64,000 bases of DNA, from NCBI GenBank assembly GCA_050014195.1, contig JBEKDT010000004.1, forward strand, positions 166,473 to 230,472. Direction: 5' to 3'. Shown in pieces: positions 19,600 to 31,163 of the stretch. Numbering within the stretch: the stretch's first letter is position 1; each line of letters starts with the position of its first letter. Below the pieces are notes generated by a model that was not told the DNA's origin, did not search any database, and saw nothing but the letters and a program-made list of their open reading frames with translations. The stretch comes from Desulfomonilia bacterium (lineage in GTDB: Bacteria; Desulfobacterota; Desulfomonilia; UBA1062). The translations under genes and the position numbers were made by a program.

Positions 19600-19674
19600 G
19601 TAGGAGCGGCTTCATCCGCGACCCTGCACAGGCAGGGATACATCGAATCGTGTCGCGCCTAAAGGCGCTCCTAC
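19600..19674. repeat. GTAG-class REP doublet
   Basis: GTAGGAGCGGCTTCATCCGCGA...TCGCGCCTAAAGGCGCTCCTAC; related copies at 41951 and 55172. Confidence 0.85.
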
Positions 19675-19748
19675 TCAAGCCATACCCACCGGCCGGCCGC
19701 TGTTATGGGTGCGTATGCACTATCCGGTTTACATCCGCCCCGCCTTCC

Positions 19749-20360
19749 CTACTCCTCCCGCTTGCGCATCTTTGACACGAAGCGCTCCCACCTGCGCGGA
19801 CCCGGCAGCCGGTAGGGCGTAACCGCCTCGCTTACGAAACGCACATCCTCCACCGAGTAGAAGGCTAAAGGGTTGTGCTGCTTGATGATCTCCACGATAT
19901 GCTCGATGTTGCTGCGCTCCACAATGGACATGATGACCTTCACCGGACCGGTCACCCCTTCGGCATCAATGATGGTAAGCCCGTATCCTGCGGACCTGAG
20001 GAAAGTGATCAGATCATCGGCATCTCTTCTCGTGATGATGCGGATGATCACCTTGCCGATAGAGAGCCTGTTTTCGATGAGAATGCCTACATAATTGCCT
20101 GTAGCAAAGCCCGCGGCATAGGCGATCATGCAGAAGGGGTTGCCCAGGTGCTGAAAGATCTGACGGATGGCCATGAGCCAGATCAGAACCTCGAAGAACC
20201 CGATGACGGTTGCATAATGTTTCAGGTGCCTGTTGATGAAGATAATGCGGATGGTGTCCAGGCTCACATCCATGATACGGGCAATGAAGATGAGGATGGG
20301 AAGTACCACCCAGGTGTACATCGTAGAATCGAAGAATGCAGGCATTGCCATATCCCTCAT
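19749..20360 (-). CDS. DUF2179/UPF0316-type membrane protein
   Basis: ARIMDVSLDTIR, GFFEVLIW, YAAGFATGNYVG, PLAFYSVEDVR. Confidence 0.85.
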   Translation of the reverse strand: MRDMAMPAFFDSTMYTWVVLPILIFIARIMDVSLDTIRIIFINRHLKHYATVIGFFEVLIWLMAIRQIFQHLGNPFCMIAYAAGFATGNYVGILIENRLSIGKVIIRIITRRDADDLITFLRSAGYGLTIIDAEGVTGPVKVIMSIVERSNIEHIVEIIKQHNPLAFYSVEDVRFVSEAVTPYRLPGPRRWERFVSKMRKREE

Positions 20361-20742
20361 GCCCCCTTACGACGGCCAAGAAGAAAGCATATACCTGTTA
20401 TCCTGTACCACCTCTTCATGGGAATGGGAATACCCTGTAGGGTAAAAGTATACGCTCTGTTCAACCAGGACGATAAGAATCAAACTCTATGGTACTGGGC
20501 AACAATTACTATCCGGCTAAAGAGCCGGCCATCCGAAGTCAAACTACAAAAAAAATCTTAAAATTATATTGCCTAGTGCTGGGTTTTCATTATTATTAAA
20601 CTATAGAGGTCATAGTATAGCTCGGTTGTTTAGGTGAAATGAAATACTTGCAGCGGATTTTACCTCCTGGTTTGAGATCGCAAGTATGGCGTTGAAAAAT
20701 TTCTTGCGTGCTCTTCGGGCCAACTGAGATGAAAGGAGCGCT

Positions 20743-21000
20743 TTGATGGCGGAGAGTGAATATCATGTAATCGAGCTCGTCGGAACAAGCTCTGAGTCAT
20801 GGGAGAGGGCGGCGGCGGCCGCAATTGAGACTGCATCGAAACTGTTGAGAGACACACGGATCGCCGAGGTGGTTCAGCTGGACATGAAGACCGATGACAA
20901 CAACAAGCCTGTATACCGGGCGAGGTTAAGGGTGTCTTTCAGGTATCACCTTATCTTTTCCCTTACACCGAAGTTTCATAAACGTTCGAACCACTGGTAG
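20743..21000 (+). CDS. Dodecin-family protein 1 with C-terminal extension
   Basis: YHVIELVGTSSESWERAA, RIAEV, YRARLRVSFRY. Confidence 0.85.
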   Translation: MMAESEYHVIELVGTSSESWERAAAAAIETASKLLRDTRIAEVVQLDMKTDDNNKPVYRARLRVSFRYHLIFSLTPKFHKRSNHW

Positions 21001-21084
21001 CCTTGTCGATTTTGGTGTTGGGTATACACTTTTATATATGGGCGGTTTTATCATGGTGACAGTAAAGATGAAAGGAGAGCATTT

Positions 21085-21300
21085 ATGCCAGAGAGCGTCT
21101 ACAAAGTGATCGAAATCATTGGGACCAGCCCGGTGTCATGGGAGAAGGCGGCTGAAGCGGCAATCAAGACAGCTTCGAAGTCAATAAAGGACCTGCGCAT
21201 CGCCGAGGTGGTTGAACTGGACCTTCAGATCGAGAACGGCAAGGTGAGCAACTACCGCACGAAATTGAGCATCTCTTTCAAATACCAGGGCAAAGAGTAA
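21085..21300 (+). CDS. Dodecin-family protein 2
   Basis: SVYKVIEIIGTSPVSWEKAA, DLRIAEV, YRTKLSISFKY. Confidence 0.9.
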   Translation: MPESVYKVIEIIGTSPVSWEKAAEAAIKTASKSIKDLRIAEVVELDLQIENGKVSNYRTKLSISFKYQGKE

Positions 21301-21564
21301 CCCGGGCCTGCATGTAGGGGGTCATTCCCGGCCGGGCCGCACAAGTGCGGCAGCCCATGCAAGTACGGAGCTCTACAATCGTGTTTCATACATCGCGGAC
21401 TTCGCTCCTCATACGGTTTTTCTCGCTGAGATTGCAGGACTCATGGTAAGGTAAAGTCATAGCTGAAGGCTTTACCATATTAAGTTTGTGCAATCGGCCA
21501 TAGCTATCGCAAATTACTTTGGCGAGGAGAAGGTTTCTTAAGTCATATGCCCAGGGGGATAAAG

Positions 21565-22464
21565 ATGCTCAAAAAAATTTTTCTCTCAGCAATGCTGCTG
21601 ACTTTTACCGTTTCGCTGTCCGCACAGGATTTGAAGCCGATCAAACTCCCGCCGCCGCAGCTCTACGAAGGTAAAACATTGATGCTCTCGTTGAAGGAGA
21701 GAAAATCGACACGATCGTTCAGCACGATCAAATTGCCTCTGAATGTGCTTTCAGATCTGCTCTGGGCCGCCTGCGGGATAAACCGTCCCGAAACCGGGCG
21801 GCGTACCGCGCCGTCCGCCTCGAACTGGCAGGAGATAGACATCTATGTGGCCACATCCGACGGTCTCTTTCTTTATGATGTGAAGGAGCATGCACTAAAC
21901 CCCGTCATTCAACAGGACATCCGATCCCTTACCGGCAAACAGTCTTTTGCAGGCGAGGCACCGGTGGACCTGGTCTATGTTGCCGACTTCTCGAGAATGG
22001 GCGGTGCGAATGCCGAGGAAAGGAATTTTTACTCCGCAGCCGATACGGGTTTCATCAGCCAGAATGTGTATCTCTATTGTGCCTCCGCCGGATTGGTAAC
22101 GGTCGTAAGAGGTTCCGTCGAGAGGGACGAACTGGCGTCAGCCATGAAACTGCGCAACAACCAGAAAATCATCCTGGCTCAGACTGTGGGTTATCCGGCG
22201 GGATTTATCGCCCGGAAGGGCCCCGGTGTGTTCAACCTCAACAAGGTATCGTATGAACAGCTCAAAGCGTTTCCCTTGTTAACCGAGCCGATTGCAAGAA
22301 GAATTGTCGATTATCGGTTCACCTACGGTCACTTTAACAGCATCAATGACCTCATTAAGGTACGGGGCGTAACCTGGAAACTTATCGATAAGATCAAGCC
22401 ATATCTTGTACTCGAAGGGGATACGACTTTCGACCTTACAAGTTTTAGAAATACAGGGAGCTGA
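21565..22464 (+). CDS. Exported nitroreductase/SagB-like protein fused to ComEA-type helix-hairpin-helix domain
   Basis: Signal peptide ending SLSA-Q; ERKSTRSF, RTAPSA, QNVYL, QTVGYP; then NLNKVSYEQL, IARRIVDYR, GHFNSINDLIKVRGV. Confidence 0.85.
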   Translation: MLKKIFLSAMLLTFTVSLSAQDLKPIKLPPPQLYEGKTLMLSLKERKSTRSFSTIKLPLNVLSDLLWAACGINRPETGRRTAPSASNWQEIDIYVATSDGLFLYDVKEHALNPVIQQDIRSLTGKQSFAGEAPVDLVYVADFSRMGGANAEERNFYSAADTGFISQNVYLYCASAGLVTVVRGSVERDELASAMKLRNNQKIILAQTVGYPAGFIARKGPGVFNLNKVSYEQLKAFPLLTEPIARRIVDYRFTYGHFNSINDLIKVRGVTWKLIDKIKPYLVLEGDTTFDLTSFRNTGS

Positions 22465-22495
22465 AAATAGCATTCCTGGAGAGGATTGGTGTGCT

Positions 22496-22801
22496 ATGGT
22501 TATTGTCCATGTCTTTGTCCGTGTAAAGCAAGAGGCAATCGAGGCATTCAAGGACGCATCGAGGGAAAATGCAAGAAACAGCGTATTGGAGCCCGGCGTT
22601 GCGCGATTTGATGTCATGCAACAGAATGATACTCCTGAGAGGTTCCTGCTCGTGGAGGTCTATCGGTCAGAGGTTGCGACATCCCAGCACAAGCAGACTT
22701 CCCACTACGGACAATGGAGGGATACGGTGGATTCCATGATGGCAGAGCCGAGGTACAGCATCAGGTATACAAACGTCTTTCCCGAAGATGCTGCTTGGTG
22801 A
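22496..22801 (+). CDS. ABM-family monooxygenase/isomerase (LsrG-like)
   Basis: NARNSVLEPGVARFDV, FLLVEVY, HKQTSHY. Confidence 0.88.
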   Translation: MVIVHVFVRVKQEAIEAFKDASRENARNSVLEPGVARFDVMQQNDTPERFLLVEVYRSEVATSQHKQTSHYGQWRDTVDSMMAEPRYSIRYTNVFPEDAAW

Positions 22802-22847
22802 TACATGATATCACAAGAAATAATCCATTTTTAAGAGGTCTACTGCC

Positions 22848-24002
22848 ATGCGTTTCGAGTTCGCCACTGCTGAGAGGATCATCTTCGGCCCGGGCAGCAT
22901 CAATGAGATCATCGATGCCGCCTCTTCCATGGGGAAAAGGTGCCTGGTCGTCACCGGAAAGAAGGGGCTCAGGTGGTCGCAACTGCTCGACAGGCTCAGA
23001 AACAGATACGTCACCCCCATTCTCTATTCCGTCCCTAAAGAACCAACGACGCAAACGGTTATGCAGGGGGTTTTGGCTGCACGCGAGAATGCATGCGACT
23101 GCGTCATCGCCATAGGAGGCGGCAGTGTCATAGACTCGGGCAAGGCCATAGCAGCACTTCTAACGAATACGGGTGAGCTCTCTGACTACCTTGAGGTCGT
23201 GGGCAAGGCCATGCCGCTCACAAGGCCGCCGGCACCGTACATTGCAGTTCCAACGACAGCCGGCACCGGCAGCGAGGTGACGAAAAATGCGGTCATCATC
23301 TCCGAAGAGCATGGGGTAAAAGTGAGTTTGCGCTCCGCCTTCTTGCTTCCGCGCCTGGTCATAGTGGACCCTGAACTCACCCATTCACTATCCCCTGAGG
23401 TCACTGCAAGCACCGGCCTTGATGCCCTTACACAACTTCTGGAATCCTATGTCTCAAACAGTGCGAACCCCCTGACCGACAGTATCTGCCGGGAAGGTCT
23501 TGAGCGGGCATCAAGGTCCCTCAAGGCAGCATATGAGGACGGCAGCAATGCAGCGGCCCGGGAAGACATGGCACTGGCGAGCCTCTTCAGCGGGATTGCC
23601 CTGGCCAATGCAAAGCTCGGGGCGGTCCACGGATTTGCAGCGGCAGCAGGAGGCCAGTGCCGGTCACCCCACGGACTCATCTGTGCAAGCCTCCTGCCGC
23701 ACGTGGTGGAGATGAACGTGCAGGCCCTTAAAAATCGCGCCCCCGACGCTTATGCACTCAAGCGCTTTGATGAGGTGGCACAAATCATCACCGGGATAAC
23801 ATACGCCCGGGCGGGAGATGCGATTGACTGGATCCATGAGCTCTGTTCCCATATGAAGGTACCGACGCTTTCATTCATTGGGATCCGTCAGGAGCACTTC
23901 TCGGGAATCGTTGCCAAGGCCCGGCGCGCAAGCAGCATGAAAGGCAACCCCATCGTGCTTACGGATGAGGAGCTTATGGCAATATTGGAAAAGGCGAGTT
24001 GA
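22848..24002 (+). CDS. Iron-containing alcohol dehydrogenase
   Basis: GGGSVIDSGK, PTTAGTGSEVT, GLDAL, LGAVHG, PHG. Confidence 0.93.
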   Translation: MRFEFATAERIIFGPGSINEIIDAASSMGKRCLVVTGKKGLRWSQLLDRLRNRYVTPILYSVPKEPTTQTVMQGVLAARENACDCVIAIGGGSVIDSGKAIAALLTNTGELSDYLEVVGKAMPLTRPPAPYIAVPTTAGTGSEVTKNAVIISEEHGVKVSLRSAFLLPRLVIVDPELTHSLSPEVTASTGLDALTQLLESYVSNSANPLTDSICREGLERASRSLKAAYEDGSNAAAREDMALASLFSGIALANAKLGAVHGFAAAAGGQCRSPHGLICASLLPHVVEMNVQALKNRAPDAYALKRFDEVAQIITGITYARAGDAIDWIHELCSHMKVPTLSFIGIRQEHFSGIVAKARRASSMKGNPIVLTDEELMAILEKAS

Positions 24003-24022
24003 ACGGTTATAAGAATTACGTA

Positions 24023-24094
24023 CCGGGAACAGGATTCCAGGTGCCGGGTTAAAGAAGACTATTCCTCGACCCGGAGCCTGAAGCCTTCCTGGTT
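24023..24094. terminator. Long imperfect hairpin between convergent genes
   Basis: accgggaa...caggtgccgggt pairs with acccggagcctg...ttcctggt. Confidence 0.45.
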
Positions 24095-24154
24095 ACTGAA
24101 AAAGGACACCTTAACCTGACGGCCTAAAAACAAGAATTCAATAGTCTGAAGAAG

Positions 24155-24340
24155 CTACTTCTCAGACTCATCGGCAACAAGCTGATCGGCATTCCGGATA
24201 AGCCTGGCAAGCGAATCGATTTTCTCCTCCAGTCTGTCGATTGTGACCTGCTGCTTGTATATCACGTCATTGAGTTTCTGAATCGTGTCTTCATGATAGG
24301 CCACCATGGTTTCCAGTGCAGTAAATCTCTTATCACTCAT
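24155..24340 (-). CDS. slyX: SlyX-family protein
   Basis: LETMVAYHEDTIQKLNDVIYKQQ coiled coil; the usual C-terminal PPHY is absent. Confidence 0.8.
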   Translation of the reverse strand: MSDKRFTALETMVAYHEDTIQKLNDVIYKQQVTIDRLEEKIDSLARLIRNADQLVADESEK

Positions 24341-24523
24341 ACTTCCCCCAATAGTGCCCTCTCATTCTCTTTCTCTGCCGTTTAGTTAACAATATATGCG
24401 GCTCGCTCAAGGAATCAACCTTTCGGATAGAAAAAATGTATTGATCTCCGATGATCTCTGTGATGCATTTGGGGGCATTCATCCTTCTCGTCTACTCTAG
24501 CAGGAGCGAAGGCCCGCTGAGTA

Positions 24524-25024
24524 TCAATCTTTGTCAGGGGCACCCTTCCCCATATATCCACCCGGCCTTTTCCTGATGCTATGGATAGTATGGGCATGGG
24601 CCACCTTCTCACCCGATTCATTGAAAATATCCGCCTCCAGAACGGCGGAATTCCTGCCCCGTGAAAGAATTCTGCCTTCCGCACGCAATAACCCTTTCGC
24701 AGCAGGCTTCAGATAGCTTACGTCAAGGTGCTGGGTCATGGCATACTCATCCCGATGAAGCGCCACGGTAAGAGATATCCCGCAGGCGGAATCGGCAAGG
24801 GAGGCAATGGCACCGCCATGGGTGTTCCCGTATAGGTTTGTATGCTGATCCTCAGATTTCATTATCATGATACATCCGTGCTGCGTGAACCCTATCACCT
24901 GCATCTGTACATGGCGATAGTAGGGAGAGCTGTTGACAAGCTCTCTCACCTTTTCCATGGAATCGGCTCGTCCCTCGGGTGTATCCATATCCTCATTCAT
25001 CTCTCTCATCAATAAAGTCTCCAT
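24524..25024 (-). CDS. PaaI-family thioesterase
   Basis: NLYGNTHGGAIASLAD hotdog motif, YLKP. Confidence 0.9.
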   Translation of the reverse strand: METLLMREMNEDMDTPEGRADSMEKVRELVNSSPYYRHVQMQVIGFTQHGCIMIMKSEDQHTNLYGNTHGGAIASLADSACGISLTVALHRDEYAMTQHLDVSYLKPAAKGLLRAEGRILSRGRNSAVLEADIFNESGEKVAHAHTIHSIRKRPGGYMGKGAPDKD

Positions 25025-25233
25025 TCATACGTAGATAACCATGTGCGTAAACTTGGCAAGCCTTGACGTGCACCAGGTGTACCTTGCATTGAACCATGGT
25101 TCGATACCTTAATGGCAGGCATCTTTTGGGGGTCCTAAAAAAAATCAAGAACCCTTTGGGGTAAGCACGATACCGGCATAACGGCTCAAGGAGGAAACGC
25201 CATTTATGCAGCAGTCCTTTCAGATGAGAAAGG

Positions 25234-25542
25234 TCAGACGACTACTACCGAATTTTCACTGTTCCCGTAAGGGCTTTTTACGTATTTGTCTGCGCAGTCG
25301 TCATTCTCCCAGGTAGAGCCGTTGAGCAGGTAGCGGTATTGATATTCTCTGCCCTTCTCGAGGTTGATACTCAGATTGAACGAACCGTCCTTTTGGAGTT
25401 TCATAGGGTGCGAGTTGGCATCCCAACCATTAAATTCCCCCACAATATAGACAGAGCCTGCCGATCCGGCAATGTCTTTGGGGAGAGTAAAGGTAACCTT
25501 GCACACCGATTTGGTTTTCAAATACTGTTTCTTAATACTCAT
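25234..25542 (-). CDS. Stand-alone CBM48/isoamylase early-set glycogen-binding protein
   Basis: CKVTF, VGEFNGW, YQYRYL, WEND, ENSV. Confidence 0.9.
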   Translation of the reverse strand: MSIKKQYLKTKSVCKVTFTLPKDIAGSAGSVYIVGEFNGWDANSHPMKLQKDGSFNLSINLEKGREYQYRYLLNGSTWENDDCADKYVKSPYGNSENSVVVV

Positions 25543-25684
25543 CCTCTCCTCCTTGCTGTCCCTTAGCCTATGCAGATATGGCTTATCATGTATTAATATC
25601 CACTTGTCAGGTCAAGTCAATATTTATGACAATCTCATCTTAATCGGATATGAGGTTAAAAAGCCATGTGCATGAATAAAAAAC

Positions 25685-27760
25685 CTACGGGATTTTGATC
25701 CCGCGTATCACCATTACGGCAATGCTGCGTTCCTTCAGCCTGTATCGCGGCCCATTAATGCGAGATGTTTTACCAGGACCGGCATAGTCTTTACCGTCAG
25801 CAAGAGAAGTATCTACAACCCTGTGCCATGCATGTTCGGCGTCAGGCTTGGGGAGCTCGAACGTCAGAGGCTCCCAGTAGGCATTCATCATGATGTAAAC
25901 ATGCTCTCTCTCGATATCGGATTTAAGTTCAAGGGCGATGCTGTGGGACCGATCATTAAAATCAGGCTTGCCGAGACGAACTCCATGCCAGGTTATGCTC
26001 ACGTCTCTATCCGTATAGGGCGGTTTGGGGATATGCCTGAGATTGAAAACGGAATTTGAACGGGAAAACCTGATGAGTCCTTGCACGAACCTCAGCAGCC
26101 CCTCATGCTCTTTCACCGCATCCCAGTCGAACCAGGATAATTCATTGTCCTGGCAGTATGCATTATTGTTTCCCTGCTGAGTTCTGCCCACCTCATCGCC
26201 CATGAGGAGCATGGGTGTTCCCTGGGATACGAACAAGAGGGTAAGAAAATTTTTTATCTGCCTGATTCTGAGCCCATGAATAAGTCTGTTATTGGTCGGG
26301 CCTTCAATACCACAGTTCCAGCTTATGTTGTAATCATTGCCGTCGCGGTTTTGCTCCCTGTTCCTCTCATTATGCTTGTGGTTATAGGATACCAGATCAT
26401 TGAGGGTAAAACCGTCGTGGCAGGTGATGAAATTGATGCTGCGGTTCGATTCGCGCTCAGGCTGAGGATAGATATCCGGGCTCCCCAAAACCCGGTTCGA
26501 AAGCCGGTAGACCATGGAATCTTCACCCTTGAGGAAACGCCTTATATCATCCCTGAACTGGCCGTTCCATTCTGCAAAACGCTCACCGATAAAAGAGCCC
26601 ACCTGGTAGAGTCCGGCAGCATCCCAGGCCTCGGCGATGACTTTGGTGCCTGCCAGCACCGGGTCCGATTCGATGGACCACAGGATAGGAGGCCTTTCTA
26701 AAGGTTCTCCAAATTCACCCCGTGCCATGACCGAGGCAAGGTCGAACCGGAAACCATCCACATGCATATATTCCACCCAATAACGCAGGCTCTCGGTGAT
26801 CATCCTGCGGACGATGGAATGGTTGGTATTTACCGTATTTCCGCAGCCGCTGTAATTCTCATACCGCCGGTGTTCGATGTTGTAAATGTAGTAGGTCGTG
26901 TTTTCCAACCCGCGCAGAGAAAACGTCGGCCCCTCATGGCCCGCCTCGGCAGTGTGGTTGAAAACCACATCCATGATCACCTCGATCCCTGCCCTGTGAA
27001 GCTCCTTTACCATGTCCCTGAATTCATTGATGGGGCTTAAGGGCCCGCCTTTTGAGCAGTAACCGCAATGAGGCGCAAAGAAAGCCATGGGGCTGTAGCC
27101 CCAATAGTTGCTCAAACCGGGCGGGGCGTCCTGCTCGTCGAACTGCTGGACAGGCATGAGTTCCACGGCTGTGATGCCGAGCTCCTTGAGGTAGAGAATC
27201 TTTTCGACAAGACCTGCATAGGTCCCCCTCTTCTCCCGGCTGACGCCCGAATTCGGATGGCGTGTGAAACCGCCTACGTGAAGCTCATATATTACACTGG
27301 TTTTGTAGTCGGTCCTTAAGGGCTCGTCACCCTGCCAGTCATAATCCTCAGGGTCCACCACTATGGATTTTGCAGCATGGGAGCAGTTGTCACCAGGCCT
27401 GCACCCGGCTACCCTGTCATAGTTTTTTCCGATGGCGACCGCCTGTGTATATGGGTCCAGCAGAACCTTCTGTCCGTCATAGTAATGCCCTCTGGCAGGG
27501 TCAAAAGGCCCGAAGACCCTATAGCCATAGATCTGCCCCGCACCGATACCCGGCACGAAGCAGTGCCAGTAGTAGAAGGTCCTATTAACCTTGGAGTCAA
27601 GCCTGATCAGTCGCACATGCCGTGCATCATCAATGTCGTCAAATAACAAGAGCTCTACTGCATAGCAACTCTTTGAGAATAGGGAGAAGTTGACGCCATC
27701 CGGATATACGGTTGCCCCGAGAGGATGACACCTGCCGGGGTGCACATTACCCTTAAGCAC
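25685..27760 (-). CDS. glgX: Glycogen debranching enzyme GlgX
   Basis: NYWGY, DVVFNHTAE, DGFRFDLAS, IAEAWD, HDGFTL. Confidence 0.96.
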   Translation of the reverse strand: MLKGNVHPGRCHPLGATVYPDGVNFSLFSKSCYAVELLLFDDIDDARHVRLIRLDSKVNRTFYYWHCFVPGIGAGQIYGYRVFGPFDPARGHYYDGQKVLLDPYTQAVAIGKNYDRVAGCRPGDNCSHAAKSIVVDPEDYDWQGDEPLRTDYKTSVIYELHVGGFTRHPNSGVSREKRGTYAGLVEKILYLKELGITAVELMPVQQFDEQDAPPGLSNYWGYSPMAFFAPHCGYCSKGGPLSPINEFRDMVKELHRAGIEVIMDVVFNHTAEAGHEGPTFSLRGLENTTYYIYNIEHRRYENYSGCGNTVNTNHSIVRRMITESLRYWVEYMHVDGFRFDLASVMARGEFGEPLERPPILWSIESDPVLAGTKVIAEAWDAAGLYQVGSFIGERFAEWNGQFRDDIRRFLKGEDSMVYRLSNRVLGSPDIYPQPERESNRSINFITCHDGFTLNDLVSYNHKHNERNREQNRDGNDYNISWNCGIEGPTNNRLIHGLRIRQIKNFLTLLFVSQGTPMLLMGDEVGRTQQGNNNAYCQDNELSWFDWDAVKEHEGLLRFVQGLIRFSRSNSVFNLRHIPKPPYTDRDVSITWHGVRLGKPDFNDRSHSIALELKSDIEREHVYIMMNAYWEPLTFELPKPDAEHAWHRVVDTSLADGKDYAGPGKTSRINGPRYRLKERSIAVMVIRGIKIP

Positions 27761-27984
27761 AATTGCATTCCTTTTGTCGTTTCATTATGGAATAAGGCAT
27801 ATAACCATTTTTCATGCTTTGGCCTGAGAGTCAAGAGACACCATGCCTCGGCATCTTCACATACAGTACCCCTTGATTGATTTTGAACCATGGTTATTCC
27901 AATTAATACCTATTATTCCATAATCATATCAATTAATTCTTAACTACAGCTATTGACATCAGAGGGATGATCTATTACTTCTTG

Positions 27985-28011
27985 TTAGCACTCAATATGA
28001 ATGAGTGCTAA
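27985..28011. promoter_or_regulatory. CIRCE element (HrcA operator)
   Basis: Exact TTAGCACTC-N9-GAGTGCTAA upstream of groES; TTGACA at 27953-27958. Confidence 0.97.
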
Positions 28012-28047
28012 TATCACCCAGGCTATCATTTTAACAAAGGAGAGGAT

Positions 28048-28341
28048 ATGATGAAGATACGACCTTTACATGACCGTGTTATTGTCAAGAGGATCGAAGA
28101 AGACCTGAAGACCAAGGGCGGCATAATCATCCCTGATACGGCAAAAGAGAAGCCCCAGATGGGCGAAGTCATCGCCGCAGGTTCCGGCAAGAAGACCGAG
28201 GACGGCAAGCTCCTGCCACTCGATGTAAAGAAAGGTGATAGGGTGCTCTTCTCCAAGTATGCAGGCAACGATATCAAGATCGATGGTGAAGAGCTGCTGA
28301 TCATGAAAGAAGAAGATATCCTCGGAATCATAACCAAGTAA
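28048..28341 (+). CDS. groES: Co-chaperonin GroES
   Basis: [21 protein letters not shown]. Confidence 0.98.
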   Translation: MMKIRPLHDRVIVKRIEEDLKTKGGIIIPDTAKEKPQMGEVIAAGSGKKTEDGKLLPLDVKKGDRVLFSKYAGNDIKIDGEELLIMKEEDILGIITK

Positions 28342-29991
<1,650 letters not shown>

Positions 29992-30003
29992 AATCAGAAC
30001 CCG

Positions 30004-30041
30004 GAAGCGGGGGCGGACCTGGTTCCGTTCCCGCTTCTTTT
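30004..30041 (+). terminator. Rho-independent terminator of groESL
   Basis: gaagcgggggcgga-loop-tccgttcccgcttc followed by a T run. Confidence 0.8.
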
Positions 30042-30291
30042 CATAATACCAGTTAAGATTTTTCTAAAAATAGTTCGATCTGTTCCATGACATATACTGG
30101 CTGCTTCGCATCTTTGTTTGAAAATGCGAGATAAGGAATCACTGCGTAGTGAATATAACAGCCATCTTGGACAATGCAAGGGGGAATAGGGTTCCAATAC
30201 GATGACCGCCTTTTTATGGTATGAACAGTGAAGTGTGCCAGGCTATTATTTTATTGTCACGGCAAAAAATACAACTGGCATGGAGGCTCCT

Positions 30292-31002
30292 ATGAAAACC
30301 AAGCGATCAGGCAAGGATATAAAACACTGGGAAACCCGCCCCGAGAAATCATGGGGGCGATTCCTTTTCAACCAGCCATATGAAGAGGGTTTGACACGGC
30401 TGAAAGAGGAAGTCCTTAAAAAAACCGCATTCGATCCAACAGTACTCTGGCAATGGGGAACCATGCAGGCCCTCGCAGTTATCGAGATCCTGAAGGCCGT
30501 TGAGCACGCGTTCGGCAGAGAGGGCCAGCAAGTCGTCCAAAAAAGCCTCTACCGGGTCGGCTATGACATCGGCAGACAGATCACTAAGGGTACTATCATC
30601 CCTTCCGACATGAGCGATGCGGAGTGGATCAGCTTCTATGCCACCATCATCAACCGGATCGCGTACGCCTCACTGGAATCACCGGAGATCCTTAACGACA
30701 ATAAGGTAATCTTCCATATCGATTGGTGTCCCCACCAGGACCACTACGCCGCCTTCGACTGCAGGGTGCAGCGGTATTTCGTACAGGGGATGATCGATGC
30801 AGCCCAAGATTTCGCCCGCGAGCAGGGACGGGATGTGGTCTGGGATGTGGCCTTCAAGACCACCATCCCCTCGGGCGGCAAGACCTGTCTTTTTGAGATC
30901 TTCCGCGGAGACCCCGATGCCTCCAGGACATGGGCCGAGTACACCCGGATTCTTGAGGAGAGTGCCCTTCAAAAGGGAGGGCAGAAGCCTGATATTGAGT
31001 AA
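30292..31002 (+). CDS. Hypothetical protein, ATC-hydrolase/V4R-like Cys pattern
   Basis: GGAGG RBS; WCP...DC...TIPSGGKTCLF three-Cys pattern. Confidence 0.7.
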   Translation: MKTKRSGKDIKHWETRPEKSWGRFLFNQPYEEGLTRLKEEVLKKTAFDPTVLWQWGTMQALAVIEILKAVEHAFGREGQQVVQKSLYRVGYDIGRQITKGTIIPSDMSDAEWISFYATIINRIAYASLESPEILNDNKVIFHIDWCPHQDHYAAFDCRVQRYFVQGMIDAAQDFAREQGRDVVWDVAFKTTIPSGGKTCLFEIFRGDPDASRTWAEYTRILEESALQKGGQKPDIE

Positions 31003-31163
31003 GACCTTTTGCTTGAAGATTGTGGACCTTTGACTTTTGCAACGCTGTACACTGCATCAACTCGGGCGACGAATGGACAACTACTTGTGAGGAAAGGATA
31101 GGAGAATGTCATACAGATTCGAGACCATCAAAACGGGCATATCCTTCGGAACGGCACTGGCGC

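Noticed and set aside
25091-25102. GAAC-N4-GTTC LexA-like box (another at 55467-55478)
   Set aside because: Neither lies upstream of a repair gene; an 8-base pattern is expected by chance in 64 kb.
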